From: an uncultured Candidatus Saccharibacteria bacterium
GTDB taxonomy: Bacteria; Patescibacteriota; Minisyncoccia; Minisyncoccales; Staskawiczbacteraceae
Assembly: GCA_964475855.1 (NCBI GenBank)
Contig: CAYZAV010000001.1
Span: forward strand, 143,014-207,013
Length of the DNA: 64,000 nucleotides
Reading direction: 5' to 3'
Shown here: piece by piece, positions 42,605-52,437 of the stretch
Layout: each line of letters opens with the position of its first letter
How positions within the stretch are numbered: the first letter of the stretch is position 1
Notes under the pieces: generated by a model
Told to the model about the DNA's origin: nothing
Seen by the model: only the letters and a program-made list of their open reading frames with translations
Database searches by the model: none
Program-made: the position numbers and the translations under genes

Positions 42605-44059
42605 ATGGTCATTCCCAAAGAAGTTAAAATTATACTGGAAAAACTGAAAAGCGCAGGCTTTGAGGCCTACATCGTCGGCGGATGCGTGCGCGATTTTTTA
42701 TTGGGGCACGAACCAAAAGACTGGGATGTGACCACTAATGCCAAGCCTGAAGAAATTCAAAAGGTGTTTCCCGACAGTTTTTACGAGAATACGTTTTTAA
42801 CGGTGACGGTCAAGATGCCTGGAATGGAGGTAGAAGTAACTACTTATCGATCTGAAGCCAAATATTCTGACAAGCGCCATCCGGATGCGGTGGAATACGC
42901 GAAGACGTTGGAGGAGGATTTAAGCCGGCGGGATTTTACCGTCAATGCAATGGCGATAGATCATGAAGCATGGAACATGAAACATGGAACAGGGGTGATC
43001 GACCCGTTTGGTGGCCAAGAGGATTTAAAGAAAAAAATTATCAGGACGGTGGGAAATGCCAATGATCGTTTTGGGGAAGATGCGTTGCGTATGTTGCGGG
43101 CGGTGCGGTTTGCGGCAGTGCTTGATTTTACGATAGAAGAAAAAACGGCTGAAGCGATAAAAAAGAACAGCCTGTGGATTGATGCCGTTTCAAAGGAGCG
43201 CATCAGGGATGAGTTTGTGAAAATGGTTATGTCGCTCAGGGCAGCTGACGGTGTTGAGTTGCTGCGGGAATTTGGTTTGCTGAAAATTATTATCCCGGAA
43301 TTACAAGAAAATGTAGGGGTAGGACAAAATAAGCATCATATTTATGATTGCTATGAGCATGCCTTAAAGGCGCTGGAGTATACGGCTAAGAAAAAATTTA
43401 GCTTGCACGTGCGTCTGGCCGCCTTGTTACACGACGTTGGAAAGCCGCGGGTGAAAATGGGAGAAGGCAAAGAATCAACGTTTTATAACCACGAAATGAT
43501 TGGGGCTCGCCTGGCCTTCCAAATTTTGCAGCGCCTGAAATTTTCCAATAATGATGTTAATGCGGTGGTCAATTTGGTGCGCCACCATATGTTTTACTAT
43601 AATGTGGATGAAGTGACGGAATCTTCCGTGCGCCGGCTGGTTAAAAAAGTGGGCCCTGAAAATATGGAGGCGCTTTTACAGGTGCGTGAAGCGGATCGGA
43701 TTGGCAGTGGTGTGCCAAAGGCAGAGCCCTATAAGCTGCGCCACTTAAAATATATCATTGAAAAAGTTTCCAAGGACCCGATTTCGGTCAAAATGTTAGC
43801 GATAGATGGCAAAGACGTGATGGATGTGCTGGGTATTGCGCCAGGGCCAAAGATAGGACAAATTTTGGACGCGCTATTAGGACATGTGCTTGATGATCCA
43901 TCTAAAAACACCGCCGAATTTTTGAAGAGTGAAATTAAGGTTCTGGGCGCGCTTAGTGAAAAAGAATTACAAAGCCTGGCCGAAAAAAGCAAGGAAGATA
44001 CATTTGGCGCACAGTCAGTTGAAGACGAAAAAGTGAAAAGCAAGTATTGGGTGAAGTAA
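42605..44059 (+). CDS. cca: CCA-adding enzyme (tRNA nucleotidyltransferase with HD domain)
   Basis: VGGCVRDFLLG...DWDVTT, RRDFTVNA, and an HD region LLHDVGKP. Confidence 0.85.
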   Translation: MVIPKEVKIILEKLKSAGFEAYIVGGCVRDFLLGHEPKDWDVTTNAKPEEIQKVFPDSFYENTFLTVTVKMPGMEVEVTTYRSEAKYSDKRHPDAVEYAKTLEEDLSRRDFTVNAMAIDHEAWNMKHGTGVIDPFGGQEDLKKKIIRTVGNANDRFGEDALRMLRAVRFAAVLDFTIEEKTAEAIKKNSLWIDAVSKERIRDEFVKMVMSLRAADGVELLREFGLLKIIIPELQENVGVGQNKHHIYDCYEHALKALEYTAKKKFSLHVRLAALLHDVGKPRVKMGEGKESTFYNHEMIGARLAFQILQRLKFSNNDVNAVVNLVRHHMFYYNVDEVTESSVRRLVKKVGPENMEALLQVREADRIGSGVPKAEPYKLRHLKYIIEKVSKDPISVKMLAIDGKDVMDVLGIAPGPKIGQILDALLGHVLDDPSKNTAEFLKSEIKVLGALSEKELQSLAEKSKEDTFGAQSVEDEKVKSKYWVK

Positions 44060-44092
44060 AAACCCGCGTGCCCTATCGGCACGCGGGTTTTT
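44059..44092. terminator. Bidirectional terminator
   Basis: 11-bp stem ACCCGCGTGCC / GGCACGCGGGT followed by T5. Confidence 0.8.
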
Positions 44093-44094
44093 AG

Positions 44095-44283
44095 CTATTT
44101 ATTCCTGTCAGCCCGCATGTTTTCTGGGCGCAGAGTGTCCTTAGTATTTTCTGTACCCCGCTTGGCCGATTCTTCATTTTTCCTTGCAGTATCTCCTTGC
44201 ATATTGTGCGGCCTTAAGGCGTCACGCGTTTTTTCAGATGCGCGATCCTCTGATTTTTCGGTGTCTGTTTTTGGGTCATCCAT
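44095..44283 (-). CDS. Possible 62-aa hydrophilic protein with an internal repeat
   Basis: TRDALRPHNMQGD and TKDTLRPENMRAD repeat; no RBS evident. Confidence 0.3.
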   Translation of the reverse strand: MDDPKTDTEKSEDRASEKTRDALRPHNMQGDTARKNEESAKRGTENTKDTLRPENMRADRNK

Positions 44284-44438
44284 AATATTATTTTTTTAAC
44301 GTTAATATTGCTATTATATCCGACCTTTGCGTACCACTTAAGACGCTGCCAGAAGTCGTTGCTTACAAGCTTTTTTGCTTTACATTTTGGCTATAAGGTC
44401 TATGATGAGTATAGTCTTACTATTAACTATTATTACCT

Positions 44439-45419
44439 ATGGAAAATACGGTTATTAATCCACATAACGAATTAGCATTGCCAAAGCGTAATTTGCCGCG
44501 CGATGTGTTTTTGCATTTGTTAGCCATGGTCACTTTATACTGGTCTGCCATCACGTTTATCATGCTGCTTTGGCAACATGTGAACTATTTTTTTCCTGAC
44601 GCGCTCAACATATACTATAGTGGCCTTGCTAGCCCCATCCGCTTTGCCATTGCTTCGTTGGTAATCGTCTTCCCTATTTTTATCCTGGTTTCATGGTTTT
44701 TAAACAAAATTTATGCTAAAGAAGCCGGGGTGCGTGAAAGTAAAATCCGCAAATGGCTGATTTACCTGACTCTGTTTGTCGCTTCACTTGTAATTATTGG
44801 CGACTTAATTAGCATTATTAATACTTTTTTGGGTGGTGAGCTGACCATGCGTTTTATTCTGAAAGCGCTTTCGGTTATTGTAGTGGCCGTGGTGGTATTC
44901 TGGTATTACTTAGATGATGTAAAAAGGCCAACCTCTTCCCCATTGGCGAAATATTTTGCCTGGGTGGCCGGGGTTGCCGTGGCCATTGCAGTTATTGGAG
45001 CCTTTTTTATCATTGGCTCTCCCATGAAGGCGAGGTCAGAGCAGTTTGACCAGCAACGCCTAAGTGATCTGCAAAGCATCCAGTGGCAAGTGGTAAATTA
45101 CTGGCAGAGCAAAGAGAAAATGCCAGCCAGTCTAGCTGATTTAACGGACTCCATTTCTGGTTATATGGCTCCGGTTGACCCTGAAACGGGCAATGCGTAT
45201 GAATATCGGGTAAAAAATGCAGCGGGATTGAATTTTGAATTGTGTGCCACATTTAACCTTGAATATGCCGAAGGACTTGATGGCAGAACACCAAAAGCTA
45301 TGCCCGTGTATCCATATGATGATATGAACTCCCAAGCTTGGAGCCATGCCGCCGGCCGTATCTGTTTTGACCGGACGATTGATCAGCAATTATATCCACC
45401 ACTCACTAAGGGAAAATAA
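44439..45419 (+). CDS. Polytopic membrane protein with a C-terminal pilin-like globular domain
   Basis: Several N-terminal TM helices (DUF5671-like from memory). The C-terminus RLSDLQSIQWQVVNYW...PVDPETGNAYEY...LCATF resembles pseudopilin cores. Confidence 0.4.
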   Translation: MENTVINPHNELALPKRNLPRDVFLHLLAMVTLYWSAITFIMLLWQHVNYFFPDALNIYYSGLASPIRFAIASLVIVFPIFILVSWFLNKIYAKEAGVRESKIRKWLIYLTLFVASLVIIGDLISIINTFLGGELTMRFILKALSVIVVAVVVFWYYLDDVKRPTSSPLAKYFAWVAGVAVAIAVIGAFFIIGSPMKARSEQFDQQRLSDLQSIQWQVVNYWQSKEKMPASLADLTDSISGYMAPVDPETGNAYEYRVKNAAGLNFELCATFNLEYAEGLDGRTPKAMPVYPYDDMNSQAWSHAAGRICFDRTIDQQLYPPLTKGK

Positions 45420-45420
45420 G

Positions 45421-45651
45421 ATGGAACTAGAACAGTCAAAAAATCCCGAACAGGAAAAGGCCACTAATATGGAGATCACCTTATTTCTAAGTCAACACAT
45501 TGATAATCCTTGTGAAGTTGAGGTGTATGCTGGACAAAAGGAAAATATTCGGGGTTTTTATCTTAAGGAGGCTGAAAAAATTCTCTTAACTATGACAGAT
45601 GAAAATGCCAGAAAAATGATGGAAGAAAAAATTGCCGAGTATAAAGAATAG
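45421..45651 (+). CDS. Hypothetical protein (76 aa)
   Basis: The ATG at 45421 follows the upstream stop directly. The track start at 45346 overlaps the previous gene. Confidence 0.45.
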   Translation: MELEQSKNPEQEKATNMEITLFLSQHIDNPCEVEVYAGQKENIRGFYLKEAEKILLTMTDENARKMMEEKIAEYKE

Positions 45652-45654
45652 AAT

Positions 45655-46038
45655 ATGGACACCAGGCAACTAGGCGAATTAGGTGAAAAAATAGCCTGTG
45701 GATATCTTGTTGAAAAGGGGTTTACTATCCTGGGGAAAAACTATAGGATAACGTTCGGAGAAATAGACATTATTGCGCGTCATAAAGATATTATTCATTT
45801 TGTGGAAGTAAAAGCCCTTCGACAGGCTCAGGGCGAGCCATTAATCGAGGGCTTTTTTCCTGAAGAGCATGTCAATTACAAAAAGCAGCGAAAATTGCTG
45901 CAGATGGCCCAGATCTGGCTTGAGCAAAACCGTTATCCACAAGATTTCCCCTATCAAATAGATATCGTGGGTATTTTGGTAAATGAAACCGTCCGCAGCG
46001 CCAAACTCCATTATTTTCCTAATGCCGTCGGGGGATAG
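45655..46038 (+). CDS. yraN: YraN-family endonuclease (UPF0102)
   Basis: GELGEKIACGYLVEKGFTILGKNYR...GEIDIIA...FVEVK. Confidence 0.8.
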   Translation: MDTRQLGELGEKIACGYLVEKGFTILGKNYRITFGEIDIIARHKDIIHFVEVKALRQAQGEPLIEGFFPEEHVNYKKQRKLLQMAQIWLEQNRYPQDFPYQIDIVGILVNETVRSAKLHYFPNAVGG

Positions 46039-46063
46039 TCATCTTCCTACGCGCGCCATTTGT

Positions 46064-46114
46064 TGACAAGAGATTTTGTTACTGTATACTTAATTTATAC
46101 CTGGGGGGTAGGTA
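46064..46114 (+). promoter_or_regulatory. Promoter-like hexamers plus a CsoR-type operator candidate TACCtGGGGGGtaGGTA
   Basis: TTGACA at 46064-46069 and TATACT at 46085-46090 (short 15-nt spacer). The G-tract pseudo-palindrome at 46098-46114 lies 18 nt upstream of the csoR ATG. Confidence 0.5.
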
Positions 46115-46132
46115 CTAGTAACCTATAAAACT

Positions 46133-46408
46133 ATGATTTCACATAATAAACAAAAAGCCTTGATTAGTTTCAAAAAAGCTCAAAGCCATATCTCAAAAAT
46201 TATAGAGATGGTTGAGCAAGATAAATATTGCATTGATGTTATGCAGCAGAATTTGGCTGTGCTTGGTTTACTTAAATCAGCCCACAAAATGCTAATGGAA
46301 AATCATTTGAATATGTGTTTTAAGGACGCAATGGCAAGTAAGAATGAAAAAAAGAAACAAGAAATGACACAGGAAATCCTTAAAGTTACTAACCTATTCA
46401 ATAAATAA
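46133..46408 (+). CDS. csoR: CsoR/RcnR-family metal-sensing repressor
   Basis: YCIDVMQQ...HL..C pattern (the C-H-C ligand set). Confidence 0.75.
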   Translation: MISHNKQKALISFKKAQSHISKIIEMVEQDKYCIDVMQQNLAVLGLLKSAHKMLMENHLNMCFKDAMASKNEKKKQEMTQEILKVTNLFNK

Positions 46409-46409
46409 C

Positions 46410-47429
46410 ATGGCACAAGAACAAACATACTATATTAAGGGAATGCATTGTGCCGCTTGCGAAATCCTGATTGAAAAGAAGCTCTTGGAAATTCCAGGTG
46501 TTAAAGCTGTTGATGCCTCAATTGTGGATGGAAAGGCTGTTGTCGAATACGAAGGTGAAAAACCTGCTTTAGGTTTCTTGAATAACATTTTCAGGAAAGA
46601 TAATTATTCCTTTTCAGAAAGCCAAAGTTTTGTTGCTGAAAATACTAATACTTCGGGAAACTCAATGTTGCTTGGTTTGGCTATAGCAGTAATCATTATT
46701 GCGGTATTTTTAGGATTAGAAAGAATGGGAATATCTGGATTTTTTAACATAAGCTCTAGTTCCTCGTTATTCTCATTCTTTGGTTTTGGGATATTGGCTG
46801 GTTTTTCCAGTTGTGCTGCATTAGTGGGTGGTATTGTATTATCTATGGCAAAGCAATGGAGTGAACTGTATTCAGCAGAAGACTCTTCTGTTAAAAAGCT
46901 ACAACCACATATTTTATTTAATACAGGACGCATTTTATCTTATGCAATACTTGGTGGAGTTTTAGGGTTAATTGGTAGTAGGTTGTCGTTATCTTTCACG
47001 GTAACAGCCTGGCTCATTATTGTTATTTCCCTGTTAATGATTACGCTTGCCCTTCAAATGTTAGACATGAAAGCATTCAGAAAATTCCAAATTAGGTTGC
47101 CCAAAAGCATTACCCAAGGAATTGCCAATGAAAAGAAATTTAAAGGCAGATATATGCCATTTATGATGGGAGCGGCCACTTTCTTTTTACCTTGTGGCTT
47201 TACCATTACCGCCCAAACCATTGCCTTGCTATCGGCTAATACAATCCAGGGAGCTTTGATTATGGGACTTTTTGCCTTGGGGACAGCTCCCGTACTCTTG
47301 CTTATTGGCATATCCAGCGTAAAATTTCTTTCAAAGCCGCACTTAGCATTAACTTTTTCAAAAGTAGCAGGGTTTTTGGTATTATTTTTCGCTATATATA
47401 ATATTTATAATCAAATACAATTATTATGA
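46410..47429 (+). CDS. HMA-domain protein fused to a polytopic membrane domain (DsbD_2/TauE-like)
   Basis: N-terminal GMHCAACE metal-binding motif, with membrane Cys motifs SSCAALVGG and FFLPCGFT. Confidence 0.55.
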   Translation: MAQEQTYYIKGMHCAACEILIEKKLLEIPGVKAVDASIVDGKAVVEYEGEKPALGFLNNIFRKDNYSFSESQSFVAENTNTSGNSMLLGLAIAVIIIAVFLGLERMGISGFFNISSSSSLFSFFGFGILAGFSSCAALVGGIVLSMAKQWSELYSAEDSSVKKLQPHILFNTGRILSYAILGGVLGLIGSRLSLSFTVTAWLIIVISLLMITLALQMLDMKAFRKFQIRLPKSITQGIANEKKFKGRYMPFMMGAATFFLPCGFTITAQTIALLSANTIQGALIMGLFALGTAPVLLLIGISSVKFLSKPHLALTFSKVAGFLVLFFAIYNIYNQIQLL

Positions 47430-47842
47430 ACCAGAAAATTATTCAATATGGGTCAGTCGCAGTTATTATCGTTGCTGTTTTGATTTCAGGATATATCATG
47501 TTAAATCCGAAATCCGAAGCACGAAATCCGAATACGAGTGGTTTGGCTCCAATAGTTGATGGAAAACAAGAAGTTAAAATGACTGTGCTCGCCGTAGACT
47601 ACTCCCCTCGCACTTTTAAGGTAAAAGCAGGCGTGCCAGTAAAATGGGAAATCACTTCCTCGGGTCAAGCTGGATGTGCCAGCGGAGCCGTATATATCAA
47701 TGGCTTAGTAGAAAGTCCCATTTACTTAAATCCAGAGCAGGGACAAGTTAAAGTGGTAGAATTTACGCCGCAAACACCAGGAACATATAAATTTAATTGC
47801 AGTATGAATATGGCGCGCGGAACTATAGAAGTTATTAACTAA
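47426..47842 (+). CDS. Membrane-anchored cupredoxin-like protein
   Basis: N-terminal TM segment, GCASG, and C-terminal FNCSMNMARG ligand-like motifs. Confidence 0.55.
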   Translation: MNQKIIQYGSVAVIIVAVLISGYIMLNPKSEARNPNTSGLAPIVDGKQEVKMTVLAVDYSPRTFKVKAGVPVKWEITSSGQAGCASGAVYINGLVESPIYLNPEQGQVKVVEFTPQTPGTYKFNCSMNMARGTIEVIN

Positions 47843-47851
47843 TTTAAGTCA

Positions 47852-50068
47852 ATGATTTCAAAAACTTTCATCATAAAAGGGATGCACTGTGCTTCTTGCT
47901 CAAGCCTTATAGAAATGACCCTCAAGAAAATTGAAGGAGTATTTTCTGTGGAAGCTAATTATGCAACTGAAACCGCTAAAATCTCTTTTGATGAAACAAA
48001 AATTACTCCAGAAAATCTTTCAAAAAAGATAGAGCCTTTGGGTTATTCATTTATTATGCCAGCTGAACACGCCGCCCACACTGGTATTGGCCAATCCAAA
48101 AAAGAAAAACTGGCTGAAATCAAAGAGCAGAAAAATAAAGTGTTATCGGCTATCCCACTTGCCGTAATTAGTATTTTTATTATGGGCTGGGACATATTGG
48201 CACAATTTAATTGGGTTCCTGCCATGAATTATACAACCAGTGAATTTTTCCATCACCTATTACCGATTATAGCCACCTATATGCTTTTTGTAGTTGGCAA
48301 GCCGTATCTTTTAGGGATGTATCGGTTTTTTCGTTATGGGAAAGCAAATATGGACAGCTTAATTGGTATTGGGACTTCTGTCGCCTTTTTGTATAGCTTC
48401 ATTGTAACGGCCTTTGAAGAACCACTGGCTCAATTCATTAATGTCCAGCACACCTACTATGATATTACCATTGTAGTTATTGCTTTCATTACTCTTGGAA
48501 AATATTTAGAAGCCAAGTCAAAGTTAAAAACAGGGGACGCCATAGAAAAGTTACTCAACCTTCAAGCCAAAACAGCATTGGTGATAAAAAACGGCAAGGA
48601 AGTGGAAATTCCGGTAAATGAAGTAAAACACGGGGACCTGATTATTATCAAACCCGGGGCTAAAATTCCTGTTGACGGCATTATTACCGAAGGCAGTTCG
48701 TTTATTGATGAATCAATGGTTACTGGCGAACCTATGCCAACAGAAAAGAAAGTTGGAGATTCAGTTGTTAGTGGAACTCTAAATACTAACAGCACATTTA
48801 CGTTTAAGGCCACTAAAGTTGGCTCTGAAACTTTACTCGCTCATATTGTTAAAATGGTGCAGGATGCCCAAGGAAGCCGAGCACCCATTCAGGCTTTGGC
48901 TGATAAAATTTCCAGTGTCTTTGTGCCAATAGTTTTAGTGATCTCTGTAGTTACTTTAATTATTTGGCTTACCGTGGGAACATATTATCTAGGTTTTTCC
49001 CAGGCTCTTTCCTTGGGATTAACTTCTTTCGTAGGTATTCTTATTATTGCTTGTCCCTGTGCATTGGGTCTGGCTACGCCTACGGCAATCATTGTAGGTG
49101 TCGGCAAAGGAGCGAGAGAGGGTATTCTTATTAAGGATGCCGCAACGCTGGAAAAACTTCACAAGGTAGACACGGTTATTATGGATAAAACAGGAACGCT
49201 AACCCGCGGCAAGCCGGAAGTAACCCATGTTTCAGACGAAAGCATTATGCAAATTTTTGCTTCTCTGGAAAGTAAATCAGAGCATCCAATTGCTTCTGCT
49301 ATTGTGGCTTACGCAGCTGCGCGAAACATTTCTTTGCTGCCGGTTTCTGATTTTTCTGCGATTCACGGAAAAGGGGTGAAAGGCGTCATTAATGGTAAGA
49401 AATATTTTGCCGGCAACGCAAAAATGATGATTGATATTGGGCTAGAGGTTGATGGCGGGCCACAGCTTGCACTGGCCACGAAAGAAAAAGTATTGGGAAC
49501 CGTTATGGTTGCCGATGCGGTAAAACCAGAAGCGATTGAGGCTATTAACAATCTTCACAAACTTGGTATTAAAACGGTTATGCTTACGGGAGATAGTAAA
49601 AATACCGCCAACGCTATTGCCAAAGAGGTTGGCATTGACGAAGTGATTGCGGAAGTGCTTCCTGAAGATAAATTGAATACCGTAAAAGAGTTTCAAAAGA
49701 AGGGAAGAATAGTTGCTATGGCTGGAGACGGGGTAAACGATGCTCCTGCACTTGCCCAAGCTGATGTGGGCATTGCTATGGGAACGGGAACTGATGTGGC
49801 TATAGAGACTGCTGGAATCACTCTTTTGCACGGAGATGTCTCCAAGATAGTTAAAGTCATTAAATTATCGAAAATTACGATGAGAGGCATTAAGCAGAAT
49901 CTTTTTTGGGCCTTTATCTATAACTTGGCGGGTATACCGCTTGCTGCAGGTTTATTTTTCCCAATATTCGGCTGGACATTGAATCCCATTTTTGCTGGAC
50001 TTGCCATGGCTTTTTCAAGTTTGAGTGTAGTAAGTAATAGTTTAAGGATTAAGGCAAAGAAACTATAA
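47852..50068 (+). CDS. copA: Copper-translocating P-type ATPase
   Basis: GMHCASC HMA domain, CPC in [28 protein letters not shown]. Confidence 0.9.
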   Translation: MISKTFIIKGMHCASCSSLIEMTLKKIEGVFSVEANYATETAKISFDETKITPENLSKKIEPLGYSFIMPAEHAAHTGIGQSKKEKLAEIKEQKNKVLSAIPLAVISIFIMGWDILAQFNWVPAMNYTTSEFFHHLLPIIATYMLFVVGKPYLLGMYRFFRYGKANMDSLIGIGTSVAFLYSFIVTAFEEPLAQFINVQHTYYDITIVVIAFITLGKYLEAKSKLKTGDAIEKLLNLQAKTALVIKNGKEVEIPVNEVKHGDLIIIKPGAKIPVDGIITEGSSFIDESMVTGEPMPTEKKVGDSVVSGTLNTNSTFTFKATKVGSETLLAHIVKMVQDAQGSRAPIQALADKISSVFVPIVLVISVVTLIIWLTVGTYYLGFSQALSLGLTSFVGILIIACPCALGLATPTAIIVGVGKGAREGILIKDAATLEKLHKVDTVIMDKTGTLTRGKPEVTHVSDESIMQIFASLESKSEHPIASAIVAYAAARNISLLPVSDFSAIHGKGVKGVINGKKYFAGNAKMMIDIGLEVDGGPQLALATKEKVLGTVMVADAVKPEAIEAINNLHKLGIKTVMLTGDSKNTANAIAKEVGIDEVIAEVLPEDKLNTVKEFQKKGRIVAMAGDGVNDAPALAQADVGIAMGTGTDVAIETAGITLLHGDVSKIVKVIKLSKITMRGIKQNLFWAFIYNLAGIPLAAGLFFPIFGWTLNPIFAGLAMAFSSLSVVSNSLRIKAKKL

Positions 50069-50157
50069 AAACTAAGCCTTTTTGGGGGGGGGCGAGCTGA
50101 CAGCGCGGTTTATTTTAAAGGCGCTATCGGTGATTGCCGTTTCCTTCCCCATTAGCC

Positions 50158-50382
50158 GGTGAATATCTTGTTGAAAAAGGGTTTACCATCCTGGGTAAAA
50201 ACCATAGGGTAAAGTTTGGAGAAATAGATATTATCGCGCGGCATAAAGATAGTATTCATTTCGTGGAAGAAAACCGTTATCTACAGGATTTTTCCTATCA
50301 AATAGATATTATTGGTATTTTGGTTGACGAAGTCGTTCGCCGCGCCAAGTTGCATTATTTTCCGAATGCGGTTAGTGGGTAA
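50158..50382 (+). pseudogene. Decayed second copy of yraN
   Basis: 60 of 73 alignable residues are identical to 45655..46038 (counted from the track translations). It lacks the N-terminus and the internal 39 aa that include the EVK catalytic motif. Confidence 0.7.
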
Positions 50383-50420
50383 TAGTGAAATCAACGAGAC
50401 CCGGCCTCGTTGCGAAATCA

Positions 50421-50449
50421 TTGACGTAATTAAAATAGTGTGCTAAATT
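50421..50449 (+). promoter_or_regulatory. Promoter TTGACG-17-TAAATT
   Basis: Hexamers at 50421-50426 and 50444-50449. Confidence 0.45.
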
Positions 50450-50498
50450 AAAGAGATGTCTGAACCTTGAAAACTGAACTCTGTCTTTGGAGATTTTG

Positions 50499-52304
50499 AT
50501 GAAGACTTTGATGACGGTCACTGGTTATTTTCTGGAACTGAAAGCCGTTTTGATTTCGGTCAACCGGCAGGTGTGGGGTATTGATCCCTGGTATGTGGCC
50601 TACAGCTGGATTGCGGAAGCTTTTTCGTATCTGACCAATGTGGCGCCATTCCTGTTTGTCGTCATTGGTGTCGGCTATGTCATTGAAACGCCAGAGCTAA
50701 GCTCGGCCGTGGTATTGGTGGGGGTTGGTGTATTCACCGCCTATTTGGCCGTGAAAAGCATCTTGGAATCCTGGTCGGATGAACGGCGCAGCCTGTTTGA
50801 CAATCTGTTGTCAACTCGGCTGGAGCTATCCTATATTGAGCATCTTGCCACATTGGATTTGGGTCGCTTGACTGACCCTGCCTTTATCAAACTTGCGCGT
50901 CTGGCCGAAAGCCGGGGCAAGCAATCGGTCAAAAATCTGTGGGAGTCCCAGAAAAACCTGGTTGGCGCTACGGTTGCGGTCCTGGCATTCGCATCCCTGT
51001 TGCTGACACTTGATTGGGTGATCGGGATTCTTGCCATTTTCATGGCGGCTCCCGCGATTGCCAAGCGCTGGTTTTCCGAACAGAAACTCCGGGAGCTTGA
51101 TGAAATGGAAACGCTGATATACCGCCAACGCAGTACGTTTCGCGATGCTATTTCCGATCCCGAAATGGCCATTTTGACCCGTCTGCTTAAATTAACCAAG
51201 CCATTTTTCAGCAGGTATTTTGATCTTACCGACATCCTGAAAACCAACGTCTACCTGCTTGCCCGCTTCCAAAAATGGTGGGACTTGTTTGTCGGGTTTA
51301 CGATGTTGGTATGCATTGTCGTGTTCGGCCTGTATTTCTCATCTGGGTTGGTGGCAGGCCGCTATACCCTGGTAGAAATCGGAGGAATTCTTACCAGCTT
51401 GCGGTTAATCACATTTAGCATCCAGCAATTTGGCTGGTCGCTTGGCCAAATTGGCAAGGAGCGCAAAGACTACGGGTATTTGGAAGAATTTTTCCAAACC
51501 CGGCCGCTGGTTGACGAGTGCGGATGCCGTCCCATTATTTTGGCCGCTACTCCGGAGTTGAAATTTAATGACCTTACGTTTGCCTATCCCAGACAAACGA
51601 AAAATGTCATTAATGGTATTTCTTTTACCATTGCCCCCGGCGAAAAATCCGCCTTGGTCGGGCCAAATGGCTGTTGTAAGACAACCCTGTTGCGCCTGAC
51701 TAGCAAGGTGTACGTTTCCAAAGGCAGTATTTGGGCTGGCCAACACCGGTTGGATGAAATGCTGCAAGATTCCTGGCTGCGTCACGTGGTCATGATTACC
51801 CAATCTGCCTCGTTGTCCGGCATGGAAATTGCCAGGGCTATCACTGGTCAGGAACGGGCAAAAGCTGATCTGCAGCGCCTCAACAAAGCATTGGCATTTG
51901 CCGGTGCTGATAGTATTGTCAGTGAACTCCCACTCGGGCTGGATACCTGGATTGGCGAAGAGTGGCCAAACGGCAAGGGGTTTTCCCCGGGCGAGCGCAA
52001 ACGGTTTATCTTGGCCGCCGCCTTTTATCAGCTGCTTTGTCCACAGGTCTTCATCGCCCTGTTTGATGAACCAACGGAAAGTTGCGATGCCGAAACCAAA
52101 GCCAAGTTTTACCAGGCAATTACCCAAGCTCCCGAATTTGTCGAAAAGACCATTTTGGTAAGCCTGCACGATCCACTGTACCTGCATTTTTTTGACCGCG
52201 TGCTCCAATTTGAATCGGGCAGGCTGGTCAACGATTTGCGTGGCCCATCGGAAATCGAAGCCTATCAAGGCACCATTAGCCTGGCATTGGCCCAGGATTT
52301 GTAA
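50499..52304 (+). CDS. Fused ABC transporter (permease + ATPase) with a non-canonical P-loop
   Basis: The ATG at 50499 is preceded by GGAG (50489-50492). The motifs are Walker A GPNGCCKT (C where the invariant G precedes K), signature FSPGE, Walker B LFDEPT, and an H-loop SLHD. Confidence 0.7.
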   Translation: MKTLMTVTGYFLELKAVLISVNRQVWGIDPWYVAYSWIAEAFSYLTNVAPFLFVVIGVGYVIETPELSSAVVLVGVGVFTAYLAVKSILESWSDERRSLFDNLLSTRLELSYIEHLATLDLGRLTDPAFIKLARLAESRGKQSVKNLWESQKNLVGATVAVLAFASLLLTLDWVIGILAIFMAAPAIAKRWFSEQKLRELDEMETLIYRQRSTFRDAISDPEMAILTRLLKLTKPFFSRYFDLTDILKTNVYLLARFQKWWDLFVGFTMLVCIVVFGLYFSSGLVAGRYTLVEIGGILTSLRLITFSIQQFGWSLGQIGKERKDYGYLEEFFQTRPLVDECGCRPIILAATPELKFNDLTFAYPRQTKNVINGISFTIAPGEKSALVGPNGCCKTTLLRLTSKVYVSKGSIWAGQHRLDEMLQDSWLRHVVMITQSASLSGMEIARAITGQERAKADLQRLNKALAFAGADSIVSELPLGLDTWIGEEWPNGKGFSPGERKRFILAAAFYQLLCPQVFIALFDEPTESCDAETKAKFYQAITQAPEFVEKTILVSLHDPLYLHFFDRVLQFESGRLVNDLRGPSEIEAYQGTISLALAQDL

Positions 52305-52314
52305 ATTACCCATA

Positions 52315-52347
52315 CTCCGCTATTATCATGGCGGAGCTTTTATTTTG
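52315..52347 (+). terminator. Rho-independent terminator
   Basis: CTCCGC-loop-GCGGAG followed by CTTTTATTTT. Confidence 0.55.
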
Positions 52348-52359
52348 AGGGACTATATA

Positions 52360-52387
52360 TTGACGGAATGCTAATATGTAGTAGTAT
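52360..52387 (+). promoter_or_regulatory. Promoter TTGACG-16-TAGTAT
   Basis: Hexamers at 52360-52365 and 52382-52387. Confidence 0.45.
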
Positions 52388-52437
52388 TAAATTAATAAGG
52401 GAATGTTTCCCTTTGCACCTACACAAGGAGATCGAAT

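Noticed and set aside
45817-45831. 15-nt exact match between yraN (CTTCGACAGGCTCAG, encoding LRQAQ) and the reverse complement of tandem-repeat unit 3 (42456-42470). This could be another in-frame element footprint.
   Set aside because: My estimate is that several exact 15-mer matches are expected by chance in 64 kb counting both strands (about 4). The match is therefore not significant on its own, although the segment is missing from the decayed yraN copy.
51405-52313. 302-aa minus-strand ORF.
   Set aside because: It is antisense to the ABC transporter ATPase domain, which carries recognisable Walker and signature motifs. It is a shadow ORF of a G+C-richer region.
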